Origin: Gammaproteobacteria bacterium
Lineage (GTDB): Bacteria > Pseudomonadota > Gammaproteobacteria > GCA-001735895
DNA length: 64,000 bases
Direction of reading: 5' to 3'
Assembly: GCA_029862005.1 (NCBI GenBank)
Contig: JAOTYD010000003.1
Location: 70,158 to 134,157 of the forward strand
Shown here: one piece after another, positions 43,326 to 53,638 of the stretch
Layout of the letters: each line of letters begins with the position of its first letter
Position numbering within the stretch: position 1 is the first letter of the stretch
Position numbers and translations under genes: made by a program
Notes under the pieces: model-generated
Told to the model about the DNA's origin: nothing
Seen by the model: only the letters and a program-made list of their open reading frames with translations
Database searches by the model: none

Positions 43326-43353
43326 TTAGAGAAGCCCTATTTCGAGAAAGTTC
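43326..43353 (-). promoter_or_regulatory. Putative sigmaE/AlgU-type ECF promoter of the precursor operon
   Basis: Minus strand reads GAACTT-N17-TCTAA about 60 nt upstream of the precursor ATG. Confidence 0.55.
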
Positions 43354-43406
43354 ATAAAAAATCCCGATTTTTTTGAATTTTTCGCTTAAATTACCGGGTG
43401 GGACCT

Positions 43407-43919
43407 TTATCGATATTGCCGGATGATCAGCTGGTCGCCCCTTTGAACCAGTTCGAAGTGTTTTAAAACGTTCATACCAAGCAGGATTTCACCAACCTCC
43501 ATACCCGGGATAATGCTGGCATTGACGTCGAAAAGTTCGATTTGTCCGATCGAGAGCTGTTCCAGGCGCGTCAGGTAGGCGGTGGTGATGCCATTTGCCG
43601 TCGATACCGAGGTCGCGGGGCCCTGTTTCAAGCCGAGCGCCTGCTGCAGGCGACCAGGTATCGCCGTGATGGTGGCGCCGGTATCAACCAGGAAAGTTAC
43701 CTTTTGACGGTTGATTTCGCCATCAAACCTGTAGTGGCCACCGCGGTTACGTGTCAGCACTACTTCCTGGAAATCGGACGTTTGTAAGGTTGAAACTGAT
43801 TGATTGGGGTTACTTTGCTGGTCAAGTATTTTTGAAAAGACTAAAGCCAGTAGCAAAAAACCGAGGATCCACGCCGCGGCAGTGAACATCATGCCGAGTT
43901 TTTTAGTAGAATGGGACAT
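43407..43919 (-). CDS. Membrane-anchored retropepsin-like aspartic protease (TIGR02281-like)
   Basis: N-terminal TM, GHY, FLVDTGAT, LLGMNVL. Confidence 0.92.
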   Translation of the reverse strand: MSHSTKKLGMMFTAAAWILGFLLLALVFSKILDQQSNPNQSVSTLQTSDFQEVVLTRNRGGHYRFDGEINRQKVTFLVDTGATITAIPGRLQQALGLKQGPATSVSTANGITTAYLTRLEQLSIGQIELFDVNASIIPGMEVGEILLGMNVLKHFELVQRGDQLIIRQYR

Positions 43920-43971
43920 TACGCTATCTACGTAGTGTCAAATCCCTGGAAATCAATATAGGTCAGGTTTA

Positions 43972-45072
43972 ATGTCGGGAAACAGTTTCGGCAAGTCATT
44001 TGTGGTGACATCATTCGGCGAAAGTCACGGCGCCGCTATCGGGTGTGTCGTAGACGGCTGTCCGCCAGGGCTTGCGCTCGAAGAGGCTGACCTGCAGGCT
44101 GATCTCGACAGGCGCAAACCGGGTACCTCCCGACACACCACGCAACGGCGCGAGGATGACGCCGTAACCATTGTATCGGGTACTTTCGAGGGCAAGACTA
44201 CCGGCACGCCAATTTGCCTGTTGATTCATAACCAGGATCAGCGCCCGAAAGATTACAGTGCCATCATGAACCAGTTTCGTCCTGGTCATGCCGACTACAG
44301 TTATACCCAGAAATACGGTTTTCGGGATTACCGTGGCGGTGGACGTTCTTCAGCAAGGGAGACCGCAATGCGCGTTGCGGCGGGGGGAATTGCCAAGAAG
44401 TACCTCGGGGCTCGATGCGGCATCACGGTGCGCGGCTATTTATCACAACTCGGACCGCTCAAACCTGTCAACTTCGACTGGGACGAGGTCAACAACAATG
44501 CTTTCTTTTGCCCGGATGCCGACATGGTTCCCGAGATGGAGAAGTACATGGACGCGTTACGTAAAGAAGGAGAGTCAATCGGAGCCAGGGTGTCGGTGGT
44601 TGCGAGCGGGGTGCCGCCTGGTCTTGGAGAGCCTGTCTTTGATCGAATTGATGCGGACATCGCACGTGCGATGATGAGTATCAATGCCGTCAAGGGAATC
44701 GAAATCGGCGCCGGGTTTGCCAGTGTCGAGCTCAAAGGTACCGAAAATAGAGACGAAATCACGCCGGAAGGTTTCCTGTCGAACAACGCTGGGGGTACCC
44801 TTGGCGGTATTACCTCGGGACAGGATATTCTGGTCAGCATTGCACTCAAACCGACTTCCAGCATTCACCTCCCCGGAAAGAGCGTGGATGTTGATGGTAA
44901 CGCGGTCGAGATCCGAACCAAGGGCCGTCACGACCCCTGCGTTGGAATCCGCGCAACGCCTATCGCCGAAGCCATGCTCGCGATCGTGCTCATGGATCAC
45001 TACCTGCGCAACCGCGCCCAGAACGCCGACGTCGTCAGCAAAACCCCGATCATCCCCGCCAGCCCTGATTAA
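43972..45072 (+). CDS. aroC: Chorismate synthase
   Basis: [28 protein letters not shown]. Confidence 0.98.
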   Translation: MSGNSFGKSFVVTSFGESHGAAIGCVVDGCPPGLALEEADLQADLDRRKPGTSRHTTQRREDDAVTIVSGTFEGKTTGTPICLLIHNQDQRPKDYSAIMNQFRPGHADYSYTQKYGFRDYRGGGRSSARETAMRVAAGGIAKKYLGARCGITVRGYLSQLGPLKPVNFDWDEVNNNAFFCPDADMVPEMEKYMDALRKEGESIGARVSVVASGVPPGLGEPVFDRIDADIARAMMSINAVKGIEIGAGFASVELKGTENRDEITPEGFLSNNAGGTLGGITSGQDILVSIALKPTSSIHLPGKSVDVDGNAVEIRTKGRHDPCVGIRATPIAEAMLAIVLMDHYLRNRAQNADVVSKTPIIPASPD

Positions 45073-45109
45073 GCTCTGTCGGCGCGATTGTAGAGTTACC
45101 CGTCCGCAA

Positions 45110-45239
45110 GCAGCCCGGGGAGACTGCCCGCAAAAGGCGCTCCCAACCGGCGCTAGCGCCGGTTGGTCCATCCATGGAATCGCTTGGAGCGCGGCATCCT
45201 TGCCGCGCTACACTTTTGCGGGCAGTCTCCCCGGGCTGC
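45110..45239. repeat. Palindromic repeat family 1, copy c
   Basis: Perfect 27-bp arms; 76-nt core 72/76 identical to the reverse complement of copy b; between convergent aroC and yjgA. Confidence 0.92.
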
Positions 45240-45314
45240 TGGGCATACGAAATTTAGACCTGCTGGCCTTTGCCTTCCTGAAACAGGGATAGTCTCCCAG
45301 GCTATTGAATATTC

Positions 45315-45429
45315 GAGCCGTGGACGTTGGAACTTCTTTGCGGGACGCTGCGCAACAGGGATGTTGCGCGCGAGCCTACATGGATGTATTTACGGCGTTC
45401 CCGCGAAGAAGTTCCAATGGCCGCGGCTC
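45315..45429. repeat. Palindromic repeat family 2, copy b
   Basis: 31-bp arms (27/31), inner hairpin GCGCAACA-GGGA-TGTTGCGC, 24-nt core shared with 25221-25244. Confidence 0.85.
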
Positions 45430-45492
45430 TTGCAGCTGTGCTTGTAAAGTTGGTGTTACAGGGTTTTTGAATACCCGGGAATGTCGACAGGA

Positions 45493-46002
45493 TCACGAAT
45501 CGAGAGCGCGCTTGATTTCCTGGTAGATCAGGCGTGAATGCTGGGTGCGTTTGGCGTCGGTCCTGGCATGCTGGTGGTTACGCAACAACTGGCGCAGTTT
45601 CTGACGATCGGCTTGCGTGATTTTGGCCAGCAGTGCTTCGATCGCATCGTTACCCTCGTCAATGATGCGATCGCGCCAGCGTTCCGCACGATGGTGGTGC
45701 TGAATAGACTGCCGGCTTTCGTTGTCAATTTCGGCGAGTGCGGCCAAAATAGGCTCGGTATCGCGTGCGCGCAGCAGTTTGCCGAGAAACTGGTAGTGGC
45801 GCTTGAGAGCGCTGCGCTTGTTTTGAATACGACGTGCTAACGCGATTGCCTCGAGCACAGGTTGATCCAGTGGAATACGCGCCAATTGATCCGCAGATAA
45901 TGTGGCCAGCCTCTTGCCAAGGCCCTGAATGGCATGGCTCTCCCTTTTTAGTTGACTCTTGCTGACATATTCGCTTTCATCTATCTCTGCTTCGTTTTCC
46001 AT
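45493..46002 (-). CDS. yjgA: Ribosome-associated protein YjgA (DarP, DUF615)
   Basis: SKSQLKRE, LGKRL, RHYQFLGKLLR, ERWRDR; divergent from pmbA. Confidence 0.94.
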   Translation of the reverse strand: MENEAEIDESEYVSKSQLKRESHAIQGLGKRLATLSADQLARIPLDQPVLEAIALARRIQNKRSALKRHYQFLGKLLRARDTEPILAALAEIDNESRQSIQHHHRAERWRDRIIDEGNDAIEALLAKITQADRQKLRQLLRNHQHARTDAKRTQHSRLIYQEIKRALDS

Positions 46003-46026
46003 AACAGCTTGGGATAAAATAATCTG

Positions 46027-47382
46027 ATGGACCTTGAAAAAAACAGCATGTTAGCATTTCCGCAAGCGGATTCCCTGAAAAAAATCGTTGCCGATGCAAT
46101 CGAATTAGCACAGGCAAAAGGCGCAACTCAGGCCGAGGCGGGCTTGTCCGTTACCCAGGGCCTTTCAGTTGCGACACGGATGGGAACCGTGGAAACCATC
46201 GAGCACCAACAGGATAATGGTCTCGGTATCAGCGTCTACATCGGTCAACACAAGGGCAGCGCCAGCACTTCAAACCTCGATGCGGAGGCAATTCGCAAAA
46301 CGGTTGAGGCAGCCTGTAATATCGCCCGTTATACGTCAGAGGATCCCTGCACCGGTCTCGCCGATGCCGGGCTGATGGCGACCGATATGCATGATCTTGA
46401 CTTGTATCATCCCTGGGAACTCGAGCCGCAGGCTGTTATCGATTTAGCGCTGGAGTGTGAAAACGCGGCACTCGAGTATGATCAGCGGATCGTCAACTCC
46501 GAGGGTGCCTCGGTAGATTTGAATGCGGGTGTGTCGGTATATGGCAATTCTCATGGATTCCTGCAGGCCGAGCGCAAGACCCGGCACAGCATCAGTTGTT
46601 CGGTCGTGGGGGAGTCAAACGGGAATATGCAACGTGATTACTGGTATGATATCAGTCGTCATCCCGGCCACCTCATGAGCGCTCGAAGTATTGGCGAGAA
46701 GGCAGCCGAACGCACCGTCCGCAGACTCGATGCCAGTAAATTGAATACCCAGCAGGTTCCGGTGCTGTTTGTACCCGAGCTTGCGCGCGGCATCATTGGC
46801 AGTTTCACATCTGCAATCGGCGGTGCGGCCCAGTATCGAAAGGCCAGTTTTCTGCTGAATGCCGTGGGCGAAAGCGTTTTTCCCGAATTCGTGCAGTTGC
46901 GCGAAGATCCTTTTATCCCGCAGGCGCTCGGATCAGCTAATTTTGACTCGGAAGGTGTCGCGACGCATGCCAATGAACTGGTTACCGACGGGGTAATCCA
47001 GCATTACTTGCTGGACAGCTATTCGGCGCGCAAGCTGGATTTGACTTCGACTGGTCATGCCAGCGGGCTTCATAATCTTACCCTGAATGATACCGGTAAA
47101 ACCTTCGACGAATGCCTGGCCGCGATGCACCGAGGATTCCTGGTGACCGAATTGATGGGGCACGGGGTCAATGGGGTAACGGGCGATTATTCGCGCGGGG
47201 CCGCGGGTTTTTGGGTTGAAAATGGTAAACTGGACCACGCTGTCGAGGAAGTGACTATCGCGTCCAACTTGAAGGCCATGTTCAAGGGCGTTGTCGAGAT
47301 TGGCAAGGATATCGATTTCAGGGGCAACATTCGCTGCGGCTCAATATTAATCGACAATATGACTATCGCTGGATCGGACTAG
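46027..47382 (+). CDS. pmbA: Metalloprotease PmbA/TldE
   Basis: GHKG/SAST, MQRDYWY, FDSEGV, DYSRGAAGFWVENG. Confidence 0.96.
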   Translation: MDLEKNSMLAFPQADSLKKIVADAIELAQAKGATQAEAGLSVTQGLSVATRMGTVETIEHQQDNGLGISVYIGQHKGSASTSNLDAEAIRKTVEAACNIARYTSEDPCTGLADAGLMATDMHDLDLYHPWELEPQAVIDLALECENAALEYDQRIVNSEGASVDLNAGVSVYGNSHGFLQAERKTRHSISCSVVGESNGNMQRDYWYDISRHPGHLMSARSIGEKAAERTVRRLDASKLNTQQVPVLFVPELARGIIGSFTSAIGGAAQYRKASFLLNAVGESVFPEFVQLREDPFIPQALGSANFDSEGVATHANELVTDGVIQHYLLDSYSARKLDLTSTGHASGLHNLTLNDTGKTFDECLAAMHRGFLVTELMGHGVNGVTGDYSRGAAGFWVENGKLDHAVEEVTIASNLKAMFKGVVEIGKDIDFRGNIRCGSILIDNMTIAGSD

Positions 47383-47383
47383 A

Positions 47384-47824
47384 ATGCGCATACCTCACCC
47401 CTCGATTTTATTACTGGCACTGACGCTAGTCGCCTTACCAGTCAGGGCGCTGGATGAGAAGCAGGCTCAAGGTTACGTATTCAGCGTGACCGTGAGTTCT
47501 TCGCAACAGCTCGATGTGGTACTGGACCGCGCCGAGGACCTGCGGGCTCTGTTTAACCCGGATGAGCATGGCAAAATCGCGATTGTCCTGCACGGCGATG
47601 AACTGCAGTTGTTTCAGAAAAACAGCTATGCGACAAACCGGTCTGTGGTGGAGCGTGCACGCATGCTGGACCAGGATAACATCATCGATATCAAGGCTTG
47701 CCAGACCATGATGCGAGTACTCGATATCGAGCAAAACGAACTCCCCAGTTTTATCGAGCAGGTACCATTCGCACCCGCAGAAATCGAGCGGTTACAAAAC
47801 CAGCAGGGTTTTACCCGTTTATAA
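47384..47824 (+). CDS. Exported DsrE/DsrF-like protein
   Basis: Signal peptide; IAIVLHGDE, IKACQTMM, VPFAPAEIERLQNQQGF. Confidence 0.7.
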   Translation: MRIPHPSILLLALTLVALPVRALDEKQAQGYVFSVTVSSSQQLDVVLDRAEDLRALFNPDEHGKIAIVLHGDELQLFQKNSYATNRSVVERARMLDQDNIIDIKACQTMMRVLDIEQNELPSFIEQVPFAPAEIERLQNQQGFTRL

Positions 47825-48556
47825 ATCCCAGTCGACTTTCTGCAGCGATAGTACGGATTGGCTTTCGCCAGACTCAAGCTTCTCTATGCGCAAGGGCAGG
47901 AGCGGATTCGCGGCATCGTAGTAATACTTAATTCTCGAGTTTGATCGAACTATCATCTGCTTGTATATGACGGCGTCGATAGACTCGCCGTTGATATTGA
48001 CCTTCCCGGTGCCGCCGTAGACGATTCTTGATTTGACCAGTTTTCCTTTGACGTAAAAATCGACGGTTGTATTTTCCTGTTGCCGTAGCTGCATCGCTGC
48101 CGTGAGCAGGTGAACGCTATGGTAATCATAGACATTGGCATCGAGCGGCAGCTGTTTCTGCTTGCCGCGCCTGAGCACGGCAATAGTACCCTTGCTCCAG
48201 TCGAAGTTCGCAGATTCGTTTTTCTTTTCATCCGCCGCGTCCGTGACCAGAATACGTTGCAACTGGATATCGTTATTGTCCTGAGTGAAGGTGGTTTCCG
48301 AGTAGGGGCTGCTGTTGATAAACAGCGAATAAATACCGCGCGACCGTGTTGACATGCGCCAACGCCAGAGCCCATCCGAATCCTGCAGGCTGAGTTCGGC
48401 AGTAGCGATATGCATGCCGCCCTGGTAAAGGTCGTAACTGGCGTTAAAGGATCGTAGCGGAACTTCAGCGCTGGATCCCGGCGAGATCAGCAAAAGGATC
48501 AACAGTAACAGACTAGCGATCGAAGAGGATTGGCTGTTCAAGCAATGCCTTTTCAT
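47819..48556 (-). CDS. DUF3108 family exported protein
   Basis: Hydrophobic N-terminus, beta-rich, F.ASY.LY pattern; usual position after purN. Confidence 0.82.
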   Translation of the reverse strand: MKRHCLNSQSSSIASLLLLILLLISPGSSAEVPLRSFNASYDLYQGGMHIATAELSLQDSDGLWRWRMSTRSRGIYSLFINSSPYSETTFTQDNNDIQLQRILVTDAADEKKNESANFDWSKGTIAVLRRGKQKQLPLDANVYDYHSVHLLTAAMQLRQQENTTVDFYVKGKLVKSRIVYGGTGKVNINGESIDAVIYKQMIVRSNSRIKYYYDAANPLLPLRIEKLESGESQSVLSLQKVDWDL

Positions 48557-49160
48557 AATAAACCTGTTCGTCTTTAATGGTTAACCTGTCGTCGCTGAGC
48601 CAGCTCAATACCTGTGGATACATCCTGTGTTCGAGCTGGTGGCCCCTGGTTTGCAGATCCTCGACGGTGTCACCGGCTTCGATGGCGTAGCTTGCCTGCA
48701 GGATAATCGGCCCAGCATCGAGTTCTGCGGTCACTAAATGGATGCTGACCCCGTGTTGCGTCTCGCCATTATCAAGCGCGCGCTGGTAAGTGTTCAAGCC
48801 TTTGTAAGCCGGTAACAGCGAAGGATGTATGTTAAGGATCCTATGCTCGAATGCCTCGATGAAGCCGGGGGTCAATATGCGCATAAAGCCGGCTAGCACG
48901 ATATAGTCCGGAGCCATGAGCTCGAGATAGTGCTGCAGGGCTTCATCATAGTCTGAACGACTGGCATAGTCCCGGGCATCAATTACCCGGCTGTGGAGAT
49001 TATGCCGGGTTGCGCGCACCAGACCATAGGCTTCCGGGTTGTCAGATACCACGGCTGTAATTTCAGCATCGAGACGCCCTGCCTCGATGGCATCGATGAT
49101 CGCCTGCAGATTGGAGCCATTGCCGGAGATCAAAATCGCCAGCTTCATGCGGATGGTCAT
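48513..49160 (-). CDS. purN: Phosphoribosylglycinamide formyltransferase
   Basis: [33 protein letters not shown]. Confidence 0.98.
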   Translation of the reverse strand: MTIRMKLAILISGNGSNLQAIIDAIEAGRLDAEITAVVSDNPEAYGLVRATRHNLHSRVIDARDYASRSDYDEALQHYLELMAPDYIVLAGFMRILTPGFIEAFEHRILNIHPSLLPAYKGLNTYQRALDNGETQHGVSIHLVTAELDAGPIILQASYAIEAGDTVEDLQTRGHQLEHRMYPQVLSWLSDDRLTIKDEQVYYEKALLEQPILFDR

Positions 49161-50194
49161 GTGAAAATAACCGGCGCGTTGTTTTCCCGTGGTATAACAT
49201 CACCAATAATCCAGGCGCTTTCACCGAGCAACGCCAGTTGCTCGAGGCATGGTTGGGCCTGTTCTGCTTCAACCGCAAGTACCATTCCCACGCCGCAGTT
49301 AAAGGTGCGCAACATTTCCATTGGTTCGACATTACCCGCCTGCTGCAGCCAGTCAAAAACGGGCGATGGTTGCCAGCTGGACAAATCGATTCTGGCGCCG
49401 AGTTGATCCGGTAACACGCGCGGTATATTCTCGACCAGGCCGCCACCCGTGATATGTGCGATGGCATTGATCTGGCAGTTGCCGGATAACGCCAGCAGGT
49501 TTTTAACGTATATCCGGGTCGGCGCAATCAGTGCATCCGCAAGTGATTGTTCGCCGCAATCCTGTGACAAATTTGCAGCCGAGACTTCGAGGATTTTGCG
49601 CACCAGGGAGAAACCGTTTGAGTGTACCCCCGACGAGGCGAGGGCAATCAGTCGGTTGCCCGCGGCGACACGGCTACCGTCGATGATGCCATCTTTCTCT
49701 ACAATACCGACACAGAATCCGGCCAGGTCAAAATCCCCGGGCTGATAAATACCCGGCATTTCGGCAGTCTCGCCACCGATCAACGCGCAACCGGCCTGCT
49801 GGCAACCTGCTGCTATTCCCTTGATAACCCGTTCGGCCTGCCCAAGCTCCAGGTTACCGGTGGCGTAGTAGTCGAGAAAAAACAGCGCCTCGGCACCGAG
49901 AACGGCGATATCATTGCCACACATCGCGACCAGGTCAATGCCGATGCCATCGAGTCTGTCGAGCTCGATGGCCAGCTTGAGCTTCGTGCCGACACCATCG
50001 GTGCCCGAAACCAGTAATGGATTTCGGTAACGATCCAGTGGTAACTCGAATAATCCTCCGAATCCGCCAATGCTACCGACACTCCCGTCCCGCCGCGTAG
50101 ATTTGATCGCGGGCTTAATGCGTTCCACCAGTTCATTACCCGCGTCGATATCGACGCCGGCATCGCGATAATTCAAAGATCGTCCGGGATTCAT
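49157..50194 (-). CDS. purM: Phosphoribosylformylglycinamidine cyclo-ligase
   Basis: [41 protein letters not shown]; start ATG 50194. Confidence 0.98.
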   Translation of the reverse strand: MNPGRSLNYRDAGVDIDAGNELVERIKPAIKSTRRDGSVGSIGGFGGLFELPLDRYRNPLLVSGTDGVGTKLKLAIELDRLDGIGIDLVAMCGNDIAVLGAEALFFLDYYATGNLELGQAERVIKGIAAGCQQAGCALIGGETAEMPGIYQPGDFDLAGFCVGIVEKDGIIDGSRVAAGNRLIALASSGVHSNGFSLVRKILEVSAANLSQDCGEQSLADALIAPTRIYVKNLLALSGNCQINAIAHITGGGLVENIPRVLPDQLGARIDLSSWQPSPVFDWLQQAGNVEPMEMLRTFNCGVGMVLAVEAEQAQPCLEQLALLGESAWIIGDVIPRENNAPVIFT

Positions 50195-50277
50195 GGTTTG
50201 TTGGTTCAGGAAACAATAGTGGTGTGCTATTTTACACGCCTTGAAGGCAAATGTCCGTGGATGAAAATAGGCAAACA

Positions 50278-51378
50278 ATGAAGTCGCACAAACTTTTAGC
50301 ACTGTTGTCGGTATTGCTGGGTTCGCTAAGTCTGCCTGCTGGCGCAGTAACCGTGGAAGATCTGTTTACCGTGGAATTATCAGTAGCGGATCAAACCACG
50401 AGTTTAAGGCTCGAGTCCTTCAGCCGGGCTTTCAGGCAGGTGATCGTGAAGGTAAGTGGATCAGATGACGCCCTGCGCAGCCCGGCCTTTGAGCGGCCGA
50501 TCGAAAGCAGCGCACGCTATGTCAAGCAATTTCGTTATATCAACCGCAGTTTGCCCGAAGATGATGAGTCCGACGTGGGGCGTCTCTACTTGCGCATCGA
50601 TTTCGACCAGCAATTGATAGAAAGCCTGCTACGTGAACACAATTTCCCGGTATGGGGGCGCGAACGCCCCAGCACCCTGTTGGTGATTTCCTATGATGTC
50701 AACGAAAACATCAAACTGGTATCACAGGATTCAACCCCGAGCCTGGTCGAGGTGCTCGACCAGGCCGCATCGACTCACGCGGTGCCGGTGCTGTTTCCGC
50801 TCATGGATCTCGAGGACATCGCCCTGGTGAAGATAAGTGATGTTGTTTCCCGGGAATTCGGCAAAATTCAAACCATGGCGGTACGATACGCCCCGGACGC
50901 TCTGCTCGTCGGCCAGGTACTGGGACGCAGTGGCCAGGGTTGGCGCGGCGACTGGGAAGTGCGTTTTGCGGACCAAATTTTCAAATGGAAATTTGAAGCC
51001 CCGTCCAGGCGGCAGGTGATCGACCAGGTCATTAGGCACCTGTCAAAGATACTGGCGCTCGAGTATGCACTGGAAGACCATCGTCGGGTCGAGCAAACAC
51101 TTTTGCTAAGCGTGACTGCTCTGGAAGGTATCGATAATCTGATCAAGGTGCAGAAATACCTGAAATCCCTGAATGTTGTCGAAAGTGTGCACGTTGCAAT
51201 GATTAACGGTGATGTCATTACCTATCGCCTCAGGTTGCGCAATGATCCCGAAGACTTGCAGCGTCTCATCGATTTCGGAGACGTGCTGGAGCAGGAGAAT
51301 TTTCCACAGCTGAGCACGAGCGGCGAGGAACAGATTATCCTGAATTACAGCTACATCAATCGCGGAGTCAGCAATTAA
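50278..51378 (+). CDS. DUF2066 family exported protein
   Basis: Signal peptide, [15 protein letters not shown]; usual position between purM and hda. Confidence 0.88.
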   Translation: MKSHKLLALLSVLLGSLSLPAGAVTVEDLFTVELSVADQTTSLRLESFSRAFRQVIVKVSGSDDALRSPAFERPIESSARYVKQFRYINRSLPEDDESDVGRLYLRIDFDQQLIESLLREHNFPVWGRERPSTLLVISYDVNENIKLVSQDSTPSLVEVLDQAASTHAVPVLFPLMDLEDIALVKISDVVSREFGKIQTMAVRYAPDALLVGQVLGRSGQGWRGDWEVRFADQIFKWKFEAPSRRQVIDQVIRHLSKILALEYALEDHRRVEQTLLLSVTALEGIDNLIKVQKYLKSLNVVESVHVAMINGDVITYRLRLRNDPEDLQRLIDFGDVLEQENFPQLSTSGEEQIILNYSYINRGVSN

Positions 51379-52072
51379 ACAGATCGCGTTACCGCTTTCG
51401 CTTGACCGACAGTTCAGTTTTGAAAACTACATATCTGGCCGGGCAGAGTTGATCCAGACCAGCATCAAGGCGCTTGTTGCTGGCAGCGGCGAGGTACAGA
51501 TCGGTCTTTGGGGGGCAAGCGCGAGCGGCAAGACCCATTTATTAAACGCCAGCGCTGATCTGGCCAGGCGCAGTGGCGTGCAGCTGCAGATCTACGATGC
51601 GGTACAATTACTGCAGTGTGATGCGAGCGCGTTCGAAGGCTTTGCAAATTGCGATGTGCTCGCGGTTGATAACCTGGATGCCATCGCAGGTAAACCCGAA
51701 TGGGAGGCCTGCTTCTACCAGGTTATCAATCGTTGTCGCGCGGGCGATTTTCGATTCTTGTTTTCGATGTCAGTTAAACCGGATGAACTGGAAACAAGCC
51801 TGGACGATTTTCGGTCCCGCCTGCAGTGGGGACTGTTGTTGCAACTACCCGAAAGTAGCGAAATCGAGATTCGTGAAATTCTGCGCAAGCGCGCTGGATT
51901 AAACGGGATTGAATTGACCGATGACGTGATTTCCTACCTGATGACCCATTATGCCCGTAACCTGTCTGCGCAAATGGAAATACTCCAGCGGCTGGACGGG
52001 GCATCCCTGTCACAGCAGCGCAAAGTGACCATCCCGCTGGTCAAGCAGGCGTTGCTCGAACGCAATTGCTAA
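51374..52072 (+). CDS. hda: DnaA regulatory inactivator Hda (probable non-canonical ATT start)
   Basis: Clamp-binding QIALPL and FSFENY lie upstream of the first TTG; GKTHLL, VDNLD, RSRLQWG; 232 aa if started at ATT 51374. Confidence 0.9.
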   Translation: MKQIALPLSLDRQFSFENYISGRAELIQTSIKALVAGSGEVQIGLWGASASGKTHLLNASADLARRSGVQLQIYDAVQLLQCDASAFEGFANCDVLAVDNLDAIAGKPEWEACFYQVINRCRAGDFRFLFSMSVKPDELETSLDDFRSRLQWGLLLQLPESSEIEIREILRKRAGLNGIELTDDVISYLMTHYARNLSAQMEILQRLDGASLSQQRKVTIPLVKQALLERNC

Positions 52073-52073
52073 C

Positions 52074-52409
52074 TCAAGTCCGTGGCTGAAGCCCGAGGTA
52101 ACGGGCATAGTAAATACTCGACAGGAACAGTAGCGTGCTGCAGATCGTCGTCCCGAGGCCGTAGATGCGCAAATGCGCATTTGAAACCAGCTCGCTGATT
52201 CCGATACAGAAGTAGACCAACGTCATGAATCCAATCCATCTATAGGTGTAGCGTTGATCAGACAGCAAGCCTTTGATCGGAATCAGCAGGGGCAGGGCAG
52301 TCAGGAGTACCCAGTAATAGGCAACATCGTTTGCAGGCCACAACAGGTAGAGCTGAGAAGCAAGCAGGCCTAGCCAGGACAACAGGCTGATGGCTTTGAG
52401 CGGGTGCAT
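52074..52409 (-). CDS. DUF2069 family membrane protein
   Basis: LPLLIPIKG..YTYRW..LVYF pattern; downstream of wrbA. Confidence 0.85.
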   Translation of the reverse strand: MHPLKAISLLSWLGLLASQLYLLWPANDVAYYWVLLTALPLLIPIKGLLSDQRYTYRWIGFMTLVYFCIGISELVSNAHLRIYGLGTTICSTLLFLSSIYYARYLGLQPRT

Positions 52410-52424
52410 ATGCGCTTTTTATAG

Positions 52425-53012
52425 CTACGCTAGCTTACAGGCAAGATCGGCAATGCGCCGACCAAGTGCCTTGCAGGCTGAACGTTCGTGATCGCTGAGC
52501 GCCTGGCCATTCTGCCCCGCGACATGACTGGCGCCGTAGGGGGTAGCCCCGGATCGAGTCTGGTTCAGCGCGGGTTCCGAATAGGGGATGCCGGTAACCA
52601 GCATGCCGTGATGCAGCAGCGGTAGTATCATACTGGTCAAGACGGTCTCCTGGCCGCCATGCATGCTGGAGGTTGCTGTAAACACGCCGCCCGGTTTACC
52701 GATCAATCCACCCGAGAGCCATAACGCGCTGGTCTGGTCGAAATAATACTTTACCGCAGCAGACATGTTGCCGAAATATCCGGGGCTGCCGACGATCAAT
52801 CCGGAGCATGTTTCCAGATCGGAGAGGCTGGCGTACGGAACGCCACTTTCGGGAACAGCCTCCTCGGCTGGTTCAGTTGAGAGCGCTACTGTTGGCAGGC
52901 AGCGCACAACTGCCTCACAGGCCTGGTTGGAATCAACGCCGAGACTCACCTGTTCGGCCATGCGCGCGACGCTGCCATGGCGACTAAAATAAACAATCAG
53001 AATTTTATGCAA
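52425..53012 (-). CDS. wrbA: NAD(P)H:quinone oxidoreductase (WrbA family)
   Basis: YFSRHG, GSPGYFGNM, SSMHGGQET, TPYGASH. Confidence 0.93.
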   Translation of the reverse strand: MHKILIVYFSRHGSVARMAEQVSLGVDSNQACEAVVRCLPTVALSTEPAEEAVPESGVPYASLSDLETCSGLIVGSPGYFGNMSAAVKYYFDQTSALWLSGGLIGKPGGVFTATSSMHGGQETVLTSMILPLLHHGMLVTGIPYSEPALNQTRSGATPYGASHVAGQNGQALSDHERSACKALGRRIADLACKLA

Positions 53013-53364
53013 GGATTTCCATTATCCTGATCGGTGGGCGTCCAATAATTGCCCTGCCATCCGAAATCACGATGGGGCGTTGCAACAGTGCAGGATATTC
53101 GTAGATCGCTTCGATGATTTCATCGTCGGTCAGGGTGTCATCATCGAGCTCCGCGTCCTTGTAAACCGGGTCGGTAGTACGCAGTAAATCTCGCGCGGAG
53201 ACGCCCAGTATTCCGATGAGTTCCTTCAGTTCCAGTGGCGTTGGCGGATCTTCGAGGTAGTTGATTATTTCAGGACTCAAATTTTTATCTTGCAGAATCT
53301 GAAGCGCTTCACGAGATTTGCTGCACGCTGGATTATGATAGATGGTGAGTTCTTTTGCTTTCAT
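53005..53364 (-). CDS. arsC: ArsC/YfgD family glutaredoxin-type arsenate reductase-like protein
   Basis: IYHNPACSKSR, LLQRPIV, IGRPP. Confidence 0.9.
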   Translation of the reverse strand: MKAKELTIYHNPACSKSREALQILQDKNLSPEIINYLEDPPTPLELKELIGILGVSARDLLRTTDPVYKDAELDDDTLTDDEIIEAIYEYPALLQRPIVISDGRAIIGRPPIRIMEILA

Positions 53365-53638
53365 TTCCGGGTTTCTTGGTACCGAAATTGCTGCCGTTTT
53401 ACAATATCAATCAAGGTTTAGCAATAGCAGGCTTCGACTGCTTCAGCAGGGCATATTATTCAATCAATTTGAAGTTCGGCTGTAATCTTCAGAAATTGGT
53501 CTATAATCGCCGCTAATTGAGTAATATTTACATTAAAAACTTGCTCTAAAGGGTTGATCAATGTAGGCTTCTTGGCAAAATGGGCTCACAAAAATCATTA
53601 AGCACTTAATTCGATAAAGTTCTCGGAGAATACAAAAG

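Noticed and set aside
43407-43919. Retropepsin as a dedicated RiPP leader protease
   Set aside because: The precursor has an ordinary Sec signal and its own putative promoter; this protease family is widespread without RiPP clusters
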